A stretch of DNA of 64,000 nucleotides from an uncultured Bacilli bacterium (GTDB lineage: Bacteria > Bacillota_I > Bacilli_A > RF39 > UBA660), in contig CAKONK010000004.1 of the NCBI GenBank assembly GCA_934097085.1, positions 1,907 to 65,906 on the forward strand. The letters run 5' to 3'. Below are positions 17,363 through 27,357 of this stretch, in pieces (the stretch's first letter is position 1; each line of letters opens with the position of its first letter). The notes below the pieces were generated by a model. It was given only the letters and a program-made list of their open reading frames with translations, searched no databases and was not told the origin of the DNA. The translations under genes and the position numbers were made by a program.

Positions 17363-18703
17363 ATGTTTGTAACTGAATTTAATATTGATGAGATATTTAG
17401 TTATGAGAGTGTTGTGTGGGCTTATCATAATGTATGTAAAAATTGTCGGTCATCAATAAAAAAAACTAAGTTTACTTATTTTGCAAATTCTAATATATTT
17501 GATATTTATAATAAATTAAGGGATTTAAGTTATAAATTTTCAAAATATACAATCTTTATAATAAAAGATCCAAAATATAGAGTAATTATGAGCGATACAA
17601 TATATGATAAAATAGTTAACTATTTAGTGGCATATAAAGTGTTACTTCCTGTTTTATCACCAACATTAATTGAACAAAATGTTGCAACTAGGAAAGGAAA
17701 GGGTGCTAGTAAAGCTTACTATTTTTTTGAAAAATATGCAAATAAGTTAAAAGAAAATGGAAGTGTTTATGTTTTAAAAATAGATATAAAAAAATATTTT
17801 TATAATATAAATCATTCAGTGTTATTAAAAATGCTGAAAAAATATATAAGTAGTAGTATGTTAAGTAATTTTATTGTAAATATAATTAATCAGACAAATA
17901 ATGATTATGTAAATAATAATATTAATTATTTAAAAAACAAAATAATACAAGATTTAAATTATAAAAGTATTTCTTTAAAAGAAAAAGAAGAATTAATAAA
18001 AAAAATATATGAAATACCATTATATGATAATGGAAAAGGGCTTTCAATTGGAAATGTTTGTTCTCAAATATTAGCGGTATTCTATTTAAATGAATTCGAT
18101 CATTATATGAAAGAAAAAATTAAATGTAGATGTTATTTAAGATACATGGATGATATAGTAATTTTAAGTAATAGTAAATCATTTTTAAAAGATGTATTTT
18201 ATTTAGCAAATGATAAATTAAAGGAATATAAACTAACTATTAATCCAAAAAGTAACATATATAAATTAAATAATTCTTTTACCTTTTTAGGAAGAACTTA
18301 CTATTTAAAAAATAATATACTTTTATATAGATGCAGAAGCACTACATATAAAAGTATAATGAAAAAATTAAATTATTTAAGAAATAATGATTTCAAAAGT
18401 TATTATTTGAGTAAAATAAGTTACAAAGGTTATTTAAATAAAAATATATATTCTTTAAAAGAAGAGTTCGATTTTTTAAGTAATAAATATAATAATGTAA
18501 TAGTTAAAGATTTTATATATGAAGTTGGGTATGTTATTAGAAGTAATGTTAGTGATGATGTTATTAATGAGGTTTTAGATAATATTGGGATAAGTGTTAT
18601 AAATATTTTTAATATTAAAAGATTTATTAAATATTTTGAATCAAATAATATAAAATATATATATTTAGAAAAAACAAAAATTGTTTTTAAGTATGATTGC
18701 TAG
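17363..18703 (+). CDS. DGR reverse transcriptase
   Basis: 446 aa; motif 4 IGNVCSQ (DGR-specific I/LGxxxSQ) and motif 5 YMDD. Confidence 0.85.
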   Translation: MFVTEFNIDEIFSYESVVWAYHNVCKNCRSSIKKTKFTYFANSNIFDIYNKLRDLSYKFSKYTIFIIKDPKYRVIMSDTIYDKIVNYLVAYKVLLPVLSPTLIEQNVATRKGKGASKAYYFFEKYANKLKENGSVYVLKIDIKKYFYNINHSVLLKMLKKYISSSMLSNFIVNIINQTNNDYVNNNINYLKNKIIQDLNYKSISLKEKEELIKKIYEIPLYDNGKGLSIGNVCSQILAVFYLNEFDHYMKEKIKCRCYLRYMDDIVILSNSKSFLKDVFYLANDKLKEYKLTINPKSNIYKLNNSFTFLGRTYYLKNNILLYRCRSTTYKSIMKKLNYLRNNDFKSYYLSKISYKGYLNKNIYSLKEEFDFLSNKYNNVIVKDFIYEVGYVIRSNVSDDVINEVLDNIGISVINIFNIKRFIKYFESNNIKYIYLEKTKIVFKYDC

Positions 18704-18833
18704 GATAAAGCCTAGCTTTTATTATGTAAATGATTTTACATATTTATATGTGTTAATTAATGTCAAATAAATTATAAAAAAAGTGTCAAAAATGTGTAAA
18801 ATTTTAATTTTTTTTAAGAAATTTATTAAAAAA

Positions 18834-18918
18834 AGGAGGAAATCAGAAATTTACCGGTAATAAATATAATGAAGGGAGGAAATCAGAAATTTACCGGTAA
18901 TAAATATAATGAAGGGAG
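18834..18918. repeat. tandem direct repeat, 2 x 40 bp plus partial third
   Basis: ggaggaaatcagaaatttaccggtaataaatataatgaag repeated exactly with period 40 (18841 vs 18881). Confidence 0.7.
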
Positions 18919-18985
18919 AAAAATACAAAGTTATAAAAAAAATGTGAAAATGTAAACTATTGTAAATTAGAAAGCGAGGTAAAAA

Positions 18986-19330
18986 ATGAACGAATTAGAA
19001 AAAATTAATGAAACTATTTTTGAAAGTATTAAACATGTAGATGATGAAGGTAATGAATATTGGTATGTAAGGGAATTACAATATATTCTAGGGTATAATC
19101 AGTGGCGAAGTATAAATGATTTAATTAAAAGAGCAAAAGTTGCTTGTAAATAAAGCGATAATAATATTCATGACCATTTTGCGGTACAACGCAAAATGGT
19201 TGATATAGGTTCAAAGACACAAAGAGAAGTTCTTGATTATAAACTATCCAGATATGCTTGTTATTTAATTGCTTAAAATGGTGATAGTAGGAAAAAAGTT
19301 TAAAAGAACTAAAAAAAGAAAATAACAATT
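18986..19330 (+). pseudogene. dinD/Bro-N family gene fragment (stop and frameshift), fused to the conserved 3' junction
   Basis: MNELEKINETIFESIKHVDDEGNEYWYVRELQYILGYNQWRS...VACK then stop; continues out of frame ...KLSRYACYLIA. Confidence 0.6.
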
Positions 19331-19363
19331 TAATTATAAAAAATAGAAATGGAGGTAACTAAA

Positions 19364-20197
19364 ATGAATGAATTAGAAAATATTAATGAAACACTATTTG
19401 AAAGTATTAGACATGTAGATGATGAAGGTAATGAATATTGGTATGCAAGGGAACTACAAAAGGTATTACAATACAACAAATGGGAAAACTTTAAAAAAGT
19501 AATTTTAAAGGCAAAATTGTCCTGTAATGCAAGTAGTTGTGAAATTTCAGAACAGTTTCTTGATATCAGGAAACCGATAATAGGTGGTAATGGAAATGTT
19601 CAATATGTATGTGATTATAAACTATCTAGATATGCTTGTTATCTTATTGCTCAAAATGGTGATAGTAGAAAGAAAGTTATAGCTCTTGCTCAAACATATT
19701 TTGCTATTCAAACTAGGAAACAAGAATTATTAGAGAAAGAATATAATAGTTTAACTGAAGATGAAAAAAGATTCTATCAAAGAGATCTAACTAAAAAAGG
19801 AAATTATTCCTTAAATCAAACTGCTAAAAAGGCTGGAGTAAAGAACTTTGATAAATTTCATAATGCTGGGTATAAAGGTTTATATAATGGAGAAACAGCA
19901 AACGATATTGCTAAAAGAAAGGGATTACGGTATAGGGAGGATGTTTTAGATAATATGGGAAGTGATGAACTGATAGCTAATTTATTTAGAATATCTCAAA
20001 CTAATCAAAGACTTAATAATGATAATATTCAAGGTGAAAAAGCAGCTTGCTTAACACATAATAAAATTGGAAAAATTGTTAGAAAAGCTATAAAAGAGGC
20101 TGGTGGTACAATGCCTGAGGATTTACCAACACCAGATAAAAGTTTAAAAGAACTAAAAAAAGAAAATAATAATCTAATAATTAAAAATAGAAAGTGA
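19364..20197 (+). CDS. DNA-damage-inducible protein D (DinD)-like, Bro-N domain protein, copy 1
   Basis: Matches DinD as I recall it (HLSRYACYL..QNGD, GQTYFAIQTR, HMGS.ELAANLFR.TQT, GGTMPE.LPTP); SD ggaggt before ATG 19364. Confidence 0.7.
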   Translation: MNELENINETLFESIRHVDDEGNEYWYARELQKVLQYNKWENFKKVILKAKLSCNASSCEISEQFLDIRKPIIGGNGNVQYVCDYKLSRYACYLIAQNGDSRKKVIALAQTYFAIQTRKQELLEKEYNSLTEDEKRFYQRDLTKKGNYSLNQTAKKAGVKNFDKFHNAGYKGLYNGETANDIAKRKGLRYREDVLDNMGSDELIANLFRISQTNQRLNNDNIQGEKAACLTHNKIGKIVRKAIKEAGGTMPEDLPTPDKSLKELKKENNNLIIKNRK

Positions 20198-20205
20198 GGT
20201 AAAAA

Positions 20206-20560
20206 ATGAACGAATTAGAAAAAATAAATGATACTATATTTGAAAGTATTATACATGTAGATGATGAAGGTAATGAATATTGGTATGCAAGAGAACTGCA
20301 ATATATTTTAGGGTATAATCAGTGGCGAAGTATAAATGATTTAATTAAAAGAGCTAAAGTTGCTTGTAAAGGAAGTGAAAATAATGTTGATTATCATTTT
20401 GCGGTCTACCGCAAAATGATAAATATTGCAAAGGGTGCAACTAGAAATGTGATATAAACTATCCAGATATGCTTGTTATTTAATTGCTTAAAATGGTGAT
20501 AGTAGGAAAAAAGTTTAAAAGAACTAAAAAAAGAAAATAACAATTTAATTATAAAAAATA
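20206..20560 (+). pseudogene. dinD/Bro-N family gene fragment, near-duplicate of 18986..19330
   Basis: 83-aa N-terminal ORF then frame break; same junction sequence. Confidence 0.6.
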
Positions 20561-20578
20561 GAAATGGAGGTAACTAAA

Positions 20579-21418
20579 ATGAATGAATTAGAAAATATTA
20601 ATGAAACACTATTTGAAAGTATTAGACATGTAGATGATGAAGGTAATGAATATTGGTATGCAAGGGAACTACAAAAGGTATTACAATACAACAAATGGGA
20701 AAACTTTAAAAAAGTAATTTTAAAGGCAAAATTGTCCTGTAATGCAAGTAGTTGTGAAATTTCAGAACAGTTTCTTGATATCAGGAAACCGATAATAGGT
20801 GGTAATGGAAATGTTCAATATGTATGTGATTATAAACTATCTAGATATGCTTGTTATCTTATTGCTCAAAATGGTGATAGTAGAAAGAAAGTTATAGCTC
20901 TTGCTCAAACATATTTTGCTATTCAAACTAGGAAACAAGAATTATTAGAGAAAGAATATAATAGTTTAACTGAAGATGAAAAAAGAATATATCAAAGAAA
21001 TCAAGCAAGAAAAGGAAATTATAATTTAAATAAGACAGCTGTTAATAGTGGAGTAAAAGATTTAGCAAGATTTCATAATGCTGGTTATAAAGGCTTATAT
21101 AATGGTGAAACCGCTGATGATATTTTTAAAAGAAAAAAATTAAGATATAGGGAAGATATTTTAGATAATATGGGAAGTGAAGAACTTGCAGCGAATTTAT
21201 TTAGAATAACTCAAACTGAATCTAAATTAAAAAAAGATAATGTAAGTGGTGAAGGTAATGCAATTGATACTCATTATGAGGTTGGTAAAGAAGTTCGTAA
21301 TACAATAGAAAGATTAGGCGGTACTATGCCTGAGGATTTACCAACACCAGATAAAAGTTTAAAAGAAATTGAAAAAGAAAACAATTTAATTATAAAAAAT
21401 AGAAATGGAGGTAACTAA
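20579..21418 (+). CDS. DinD-like Bro-N domain protein, copy 2
   Basis: First ~140 codons DNA-identical to copy 1 across the inspected stretches, C-terminal half diverged. Confidence 0.7.
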   Translation: MNELENINETLFESIRHVDDEGNEYWYARELQKVLQYNKWENFKKVILKAKLSCNASSCEISEQFLDIRKPIIGGNGNVQYVCDYKLSRYACYLIAQNGDSRKKVIALAQTYFAIQTRKQELLEKEYNSLTEDEKRIYQRNQARKGNYNLNKTAVNSGVKDLARFHNAGYKGLYNGETADDIFKRKKLRYREDILDNMGSEELAANLFRITQTESKLKKDNVSGEGNAIDTHYEVGKEVRNTIERLGGTMPEDLPTPDKSLKEIEKENNLIIKNRNGGN

Positions 21419-21419
21419 A

Positions 21420-22247
21420 ATGAATGAATTAGAAAATATTAATGAAACTATATTTGAAAGTATTATACATGTAGATGATGAAGGTAATGAATATTGGTAT
21501 GCAAGGGAACTTCAACAAATACTCGGTTATAAAGAATGGAGGTATTTTTCTGCAGTCATAGAAAAAGCACAAATTGCTTGTTCTCAAAGCAATAACAATG
21601 TTAATTCCCATTTTGGTGTAAACACCAAAATCGTATCTGCTGGTAAAGCTACAAAACCAATAATTGACTATAGATTAAGTAGATATGCCTGCTACTTAAT
21701 TGTCCAAAATGCAAACCCTAAATATGAAGCCGTATCTTTAGGACAGACATATTTTGCTGTACAAACGAGAAAAATGGAATTAACTGAAGAAGAATATGGC
21801 AGATTAACAGAAGATGAAAAAAGACTATATAGGAGAAGGCAAACAAGAGACGGCAATAAAATTTTATATAAAATTGCTAAAGAAAAAGGAGTTAAAAACT
21901 TTGATAAGTTTACTAATGCTGGGTATAAAGGATTATATAATGGAGAAACAGCACACGATATTGCAAAACGAAAAGGTTTAAGATATCGAGAAGATATACT
22001 AGATAATATGGGTAGTGTTGAATTTGGTGCTAATATATTTAGAATAACTCAAACAGAAGCATTACTTGAAAAACAAGAAGAGCCAAATGAAATAATTGCC
22101 ACAAATACTCACTACAAAGTGGGAAAAACAGTTAGAAAAGCAATTGAAGATTTAGGCGGTACAATGCCAGAAGATTTACCAACACCAGATAAAAGTTTAA
22201 AAGAATTAGAGAAAGAAAATAAAAATTTAATAATTAAAAATTATTAA
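21420..22247 (+). CDS. DinD-like Bro-N domain protein, copy 3 (diverged throughout)
   Basis: Same family motifs; start overlaps end of copy 2 via the conserved junction. Confidence 0.7.
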   Translation: MNELENINETIFESIIHVDDEGNEYWYARELQQILGYKEWRYFSAVIEKAQIACSQSNNNVNSHFGVNTKIVSAGKATKPIIDYRLSRYACYLIVQNANPKYEAVSLGQTYFAVQTRKMELTEEEYGRLTEDEKRLYRRRQTRDGNKILYKIAKEKGVKNFDKFTNAGYKGLYNGETAHDIAKRKGLRYREDILDNMGSVEFGANIFRITQTEALLEKQEEPNEIIATNTHYKVGKTVRKAIEDLGGTMPEDLPTPDKSLKELEKENKNLIIKNY

Positions 22248-22506
22248 TGAAATGGTATTTAAAGGGATTAAACATATTGATGAGAATGGAAATGAATATT
22301 GATATGCAAGAGAATTGCAAAATGTGAAAAGGTGGAATAAATTTTGTAATGCACTAGAAAGTGCACAAATTGCCTGTGGTGTTAGCAATAATAATGTGTC
22401 AGACCATTTTTCCCACTTGGGAAAAATGGTCAATATTGGCTCTAATACTTTTAAAAATATAGTTGATTACAAACTGTCGAGATATGCATATCACATAATG
22501 TTTTAA
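22248..22506 (+). pseudogene. dinD/Bro-N family terminal fragment
   Basis: ENGNEY then stop then YARELQ...DYKLSRYAYHIMF; truncated, ends the array. Confidence 0.5.
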
Positions 22507-22613
22507 ACTTAAATGAGAAAAAATAAATAAAGTCACATTAATGTCACTTTACAATGTTATATTATATTTGTATAAATTTATTTTATATAATATAATTTAT
22601 GTAGGAGGAAAAT

Positions 22614-24827
22614 ATGAGTAAAGATAAACCAATACTTAGTTTAAAAAAAGTTAGTAAATTCTATTATAATAAAGGTCTTGTTGCATCAGGTTTTAGTAAA
22701 ATATCTTTAGATTTTTATTTAGGAGAATTTGTTGTAATAACTGGAGAAAGTGGATGTGGAAAAAGTACTCTTTTAAATGTATTATCAGGTCTTGATACAT
22801 ATGAAGAAGGAGAAATGTATATTAATGGCATGGAAACAAGTCATTATAGTAATGAGGAAGCAGAGCATTATCGTAAAAGTTATATAGGTAATATATTTCA
22901 ATCATTTAATTTAGTAAGTAGTTATACTGTGTATCAAAACATTGAGTTAGTGCTTTTATTAAATGGTTTTAAGAAAAAAGATATTAAAAATAAAGTTATT
23001 GAATTAATTAAGGAAGTGGATTTATACAAATATAGAAATAGTAAAGTTTCTCATTTATCTGGTGGTCAAAAACAAAGAGTGGCTATTGCTAGAGCACTTG
23101 CAAAAGATGTACCTATAATAATTGCTGATGAACCAACAGGTAATTTAGATCGTAGATCTGCAGCATCTATAATGAAACTACTTGCAAAAGTAGCAAAAGA
23201 TAAACTTGTAATTGTTGTAACTCATAATTATGAAGATGTTGAGGATCTTGCTACTCGTAAAATTGAAATGCATGATGGAAAAGTTCGTGAGGATATAACG
23301 ATAAAACCTTATGAAGAAAGTAAAATTGAGCTTCATGAATATAAAAATATTAGTTTTTTAAATAAAATTAGACTTGGAGTAAGAAATACATTTAATTTAC
23401 CTATGAAGTTTATTTTACTTTTAATGGTATTCTTATTAATTACTTTTGCTTTCTTAGGAATATATTCTTCATTTAGAAAAGCAGAGTATGAAGAAAATAA
23501 AAATGGTTATAATTATTATTTTAGTGATTTATCTGATGAAAGAATTGTAATTAAAAAAAGTGATAATAGTGTAATAACAAATGAAGAATTAGATAAAATA
23601 AGTAAACTTGATTATGTAAAATCAGTAGTAAAGGATGATATAATTTTAGATGCAACATATAGTTTAACTGATGATAATACTTTTTGGTTTTATGGTAATG
23701 TAAAAAGTATACGTGAACTAAAATCTAATATCGAGGGTCGAAAACCTATTAATGATAATGAAATAATATTAGAAACTAATAAAAATAATTATTATGTTTC
23801 AACTTTAAAAGATAAGTTAAAAGAAACAAAACTTAGTTTAAGAAATACAGATAATATATCAAGTTCAAATAAAGATTTAAAAGTAACTGGATTTGTTCTT
23901 AAAGATAAGGAATATGATAATGATATTTTTTATGTAAGTGATGAAGTATTAGAAAAAATAAAAATAAATAGTTATGAAAACTATAGTAAGGTTACAATTA
24001 CCTTAAATAATCAAAGAGTAGATTTACTTTATAGTGTTAGTGATAAAGTACCTAAAGGAAAAGCAATTGTTCCATATGAACTTAATGTAATGTGTAAATA
24101 TAGTTGGTGTAAAAATAATATATTAAATATTAATGTTAAAAATATTTATTATGAAAATAATGTAGATTTAGAAATTAGTGATATGTATTTGAAATATAAT
24201 TTTGAAAATTTAACAGGTGTAAAAGATTATGAAAATAATAACTCTGTAATATATATTTCAAAAGAGGATTATTTATCTTTATTTGATATGGGAACTTATC
24301 AATCATCAATTTATTTGAAAGATGTAAAGGATATTCCCGAGGCTAAATGTTATCTTGAAATGAATGGATTTAAACCATTATTTATTAAAGATGCCAAAAT
24401 AAATTATTCAAATGGTGTTTTGGAAGTTATTAAAATATTTAAATTAATAGTTATGACTATTATATTTATTGTACTTTTCTTTATAGCATATTTTGTTATT
24501 AGATTAATTGAAAAATCAAGAAATGTTTATTATGCAACATTAAGAATTCTCGGAGCAACTAAAAAAGTATTAAAGAATTTAATTAATATTGAATTATTTT
24601 TAATATATCATATTGCTTTTGCTATAATACTAGGGTTATGTATTTTAGTTAAGAATAATATTATTGTTAATAATAATTTATATGATATGGTTAAATATCT
24701 TGGTATAAAAGACTATATTTTTGTATATGTTATATGTTTTGTAATGAGCATTCTTATATCATTTAGATATTCAAGAAAACTATTTAATTCATCAGCAATG
24801 AAAACTTATAGGGAGGAGGCAGAGTAA
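22614..24827 (+). CDS. ABC transporter, fused ATP-binding and FtsX/MacB-type permease domains
   Basis: 737 aa; Walker A GESGCGKST, signature LSGGQKQRVAIARAL; TM, large extracytoplasmic domain, then 3 C-terminal TMs. Confidence 0.7.
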   Translation: MSKDKPILSLKKVSKFYYNKGLVASGFSKISLDFYLGEFVVITGESGCGKSTLLNVLSGLDTYEEGEMYINGMETSHYSNEEAEHYRKSYIGNIFQSFNLVSSYTVYQNIELVLLLNGFKKKDIKNKVIELIKEVDLYKYRNSKVSHLSGGQKQRVAIARALAKDVPIIIADEPTGNLDRRSAASIMKLLAKVAKDKLVIVVTHNYEDVEDLATRKIEMHDGKVREDITIKPYEESKIELHEYKNISFLNKIRLGVRNTFNLPMKFILLLMVFLLITFAFLGIYSSFRKAEYEENKNGYNYYFSDLSDERIVIKKSDNSVITNEELDKISKLDYVKSVVKDDIILDATYSLTDDNTFWFYGNVKSIRELKSNIEGRKPINDNEIILETNKNNYYVSTLKDKLKETKLSLRNTDNISSSNKDLKVTGFVLKDKEYDNDIFYVSDEVLEKIKINSYENYSKVTITLNNQRVDLLYSVSDKVPKGKAIVPYELNVMCKYSWCKNNILNINVKNIYYENNVDLEISDMYLKYNFENLTGVKDYENNNSVIYISKEDYLSLFDMGTYQSSIYLKDVKDIPEAKCYLEMNGFKPLFIKDAKINYSNGVLEVIKIFKLIVMTIIFIVLFFIAYFVIRLIEKSRNVYYATLRILGATKKVLKNLINIELFLIYHIAFAIILGLCILVKNNIIVNNNLYDMVKYLGIKDYIFVYVICFVMSILISFRYSRKLFNSSAMKTYREEAE

Positions 24828-27223
24828 TGATAAAATTAGAAAAAGTTAATAAATACTTTAATAAAAATAAAAAGAATGAAATTCATGTTATTGATAATAC
24901 CTCTGTTAGTTTTGATTCTACTGGACTTGTATGTCTTTTGGGACCAAGTGGATGTGGAAAAACAACCCTTCTTAATGTTATTGGTGGACTTGATAAAGTA
25001 AAAAGTGGAAAGATTTATGTAAATGGTAAGAAAATTACTAAGAAAAGTACATACTATGTAGATAAAGAAAGAAATTTAAATATTGGATATATTTTTCAAA
25101 ATTATAATTTATTAGAAAACTTAACTGTATTTGATAATGTTGCTATAGCTCTTAAAATGGTTGGTGTAAAAAATAAAAAGGAAATTGAAAAAAGAGTTAA
25201 TTTTGTATTAGAAACACTAAAGATTTATAGATATAGAAATAGACCAGCTGGAATGCTTTCTGGAGGAGAAAAACAAAGAGTAGCTATAGCAAGGGCAATT
25301 GTAAAAAATCCTAATATTTTATTATGTGATGAACCTACAGGAAACCTTGATAGTCAAAATACACTTGAAATAATGAATATTATTAAATCAATATCTAAAA
25401 ATAGATTAGTAATTTTAGTAACACATGAAAATGATATAGCAAAATTTTATGCAGATAGAATAATTGAGGTTTCTGATGGTAAAATCGTAAAAGATTATGA
25501 GAATAGTTATGAAGGATCACTTGATTATAAAATTGATAATAAAATCTATTTAAAAGATTTTAAAACTAAAGAGGAAAATGGTAATATAACATTATATTTT
25601 GATAATAAGATTAAATCTAATATAACAATAATTGCTAAAAATAATAATATTTATATTAAAACAAATGGTAGTGAGAAAATTGAGGTTGTTGATGAAAACT
25701 CTAATATTGAACTAATAAACGATCATTATAAACAAATAGATAAATCAATTTATGAAAAATATGAATTTGATTTTAAAAATATTGAAACTACTAAACATAA
25801 GTATAGTTCTATATTTAATGTATTTAAAGTAATATTTTTAGGTTTTAAAAAGATACTTGATTATTCCTTTATTAAAAAATTATTATTACTAGGCTTTTTA
25901 GCCTCTGGAGCCTTTATTATGTATGCTGTAAGTAATACTTTAGGAATATTTAATGTAAAAGATAGTTACTTTATTGAAAAAAATAAAAATTATCTTGAAG
26001 TAAAAATGCAAAAAATAAATATAGATAATTTTGAAAAATATGAAACATTAAATGGAATAGATTATATTTTACCTGGCAGTGGAAATGCAAATTTTAAAAT
26101 TACATTTGATAATTACTATCAAACTAAAAATGCTAGTTCAAATATTTCTGGCACATTGGTTAATAAAAATTATATAAATGATTCTGATATAATTTATGGT
26201 AAAAAAACAGACAATGATTTTGATATAGTTGTGGATAAATCAACACTTAATAATTTATTTACAGGTGAAGAAAAAATAGGTATTCAAACTGGTTATTCAG
26301 TTCAAGATTTAATTGGATATAAAGTTAATTGTGGTGATTTAATATTTACTATCACAGGTATTACTGATATTGGAGATTATAGTATTTTTACAAATAAAAA
26401 ATACATGATTGATATATTATATAATAGTTTAGGTACTGATGAAACTATGGTTTATGATGCTGAAACAAGTGATAAATATTTAAATTATAAATTAATTGAT
26501 AATTTGAGTATAAAAAAAGGTAGACTTCCAGAAAATGATTATGAAGTTGTTATTAACATTAATAAAGAATTAGATAATCCACTTAATAGCAAATTAGAAA
26601 ATAAAATTAATAATAAACAATTAACTGTAGTAGGTTATTATGATGGAAAAAATATGCTTGTTAATGAAAATATGATTAAATATGAATTAATAAGTAAATC
26701 TAAAAACTTAACTATAATGCCAAGTGATAGTGAAATTGCTATTGAAAGCTTAAATAATGAAAATTTAAATGTTGTAAAATCTTATGATACTGCTAAAGAA
26801 AAATATTTAGATTCAAGGGAAACTGTTGTAAAATCTGGTCTTATTGCATCTGGAGTTATTTTATTTATTTCTTTTGTGGAAATTTATTTAATGATACGTT
26901 CTTCATATCTTTCAAGGATAAAGGAAATTGGTATATATAGAGCAATAGGTACTAAAAAAAGTGATATTTATAAAATGTTTTATGGAGAAATTATTGCTAT
27001 TACAACTGTAGCATCACTTCCTGGTATTTTATTTACAACTTATGCTTTAAAAACACTTCAGACAATAAGTTATTTTGAAAAAAATTATTTGGTAAATCCA
27101 TTTACAATTATATTAAGTATTGTAATTGTATATCTATTTAACATAATCGTAGGACTTTTACCAATTATGAAAATTGTTTCAAAAACTCCAGCTTCAATAT
27201 TAGCAAGGAAAGATGTAGATTAA
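24827..27223 (+). CDS. ABC transporter, fused ATP-binding and FtsX/MacB-type permease domains (paralog)
   Basis: 798 aa; GPSGCGKTT, LSGGEKQRVAIARAI; same architecture; ATGA overlap with upstream gene. Confidence 0.7.
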   Translation: MIKLEKVNKYFNKNKKNEIHVIDNTSVSFDSTGLVCLLGPSGCGKTTLLNVIGGLDKVKSGKIYVNGKKITKKSTYYVDKERNLNIGYIFQNYNLLENLTVFDNVAIALKMVGVKNKKEIEKRVNFVLETLKIYRYRNRPAGMLSGGEKQRVAIARAIVKNPNILLCDEPTGNLDSQNTLEIMNIIKSISKNRLVILVTHENDIAKFYADRIIEVSDGKIVKDYENSYEGSLDYKIDNKIYLKDFKTKEENGNITLYFDNKIKSNITIIAKNNNIYIKTNGSEKIEVVDENSNIELINDHYKQIDKSIYEKYEFDFKNIETTKHKYSSIFNVFKVIFLGFKKILDYSFIKKLLLLGFLASGAFIMYAVSNTLGIFNVKDSYFIEKNKNYLEVKMQKINIDNFEKYETLNGIDYILPGSGNANFKITFDNYYQTKNASSNISGTLVNKNYINDSDIIYGKKTDNDFDIVVDKSTLNNLFTGEEKIGIQTGYSVQDLIGYKVNCGDLIFTITGITDIGDYSIFTNKKYMIDILYNSLGTDETMVYDAETSDKYLNYKLIDNLSIKKGRLPENDYEVVININKELDNPLNSKLENKINNKQLTVVGYYDGKNMLVNENMIKYELISKSKNLTIMPSDSEIAIESLNNENLNVVKSYDTAKEKYLDSRETVVKSGLIASGVILFISFVEIYLMIRSSYLSRIKEIGIYRAIGTKKSDIYKMFYGEIIAITTVASLPGILFTTYALKTLQTISYFEKNYLVNPFTIILSIVIVYLFNIIVGLLPIMKIVSKTPASILARKDVD

Positions 27224-27357
27224 CTATATCTTTTTTTGTGGACTAAAAACTTTATATAATAATTTATTTACAAAAAAGGTAAAAATCATATCATAAAATG
27301 TAAAGTAGTGACAAATAAGTTTGTTAATATTTAACTAGTGTTATATAATTATACTAG

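Noticed and set aside
18834-22506. Possible CRISPR array (direct repeats)
   Set aside because: The 40-bp repeat has only 2-3 copies with no spacers. The about 1.2-kb periodic repeats are protein-coding dinD-like paralogs, and no cas genes are present.
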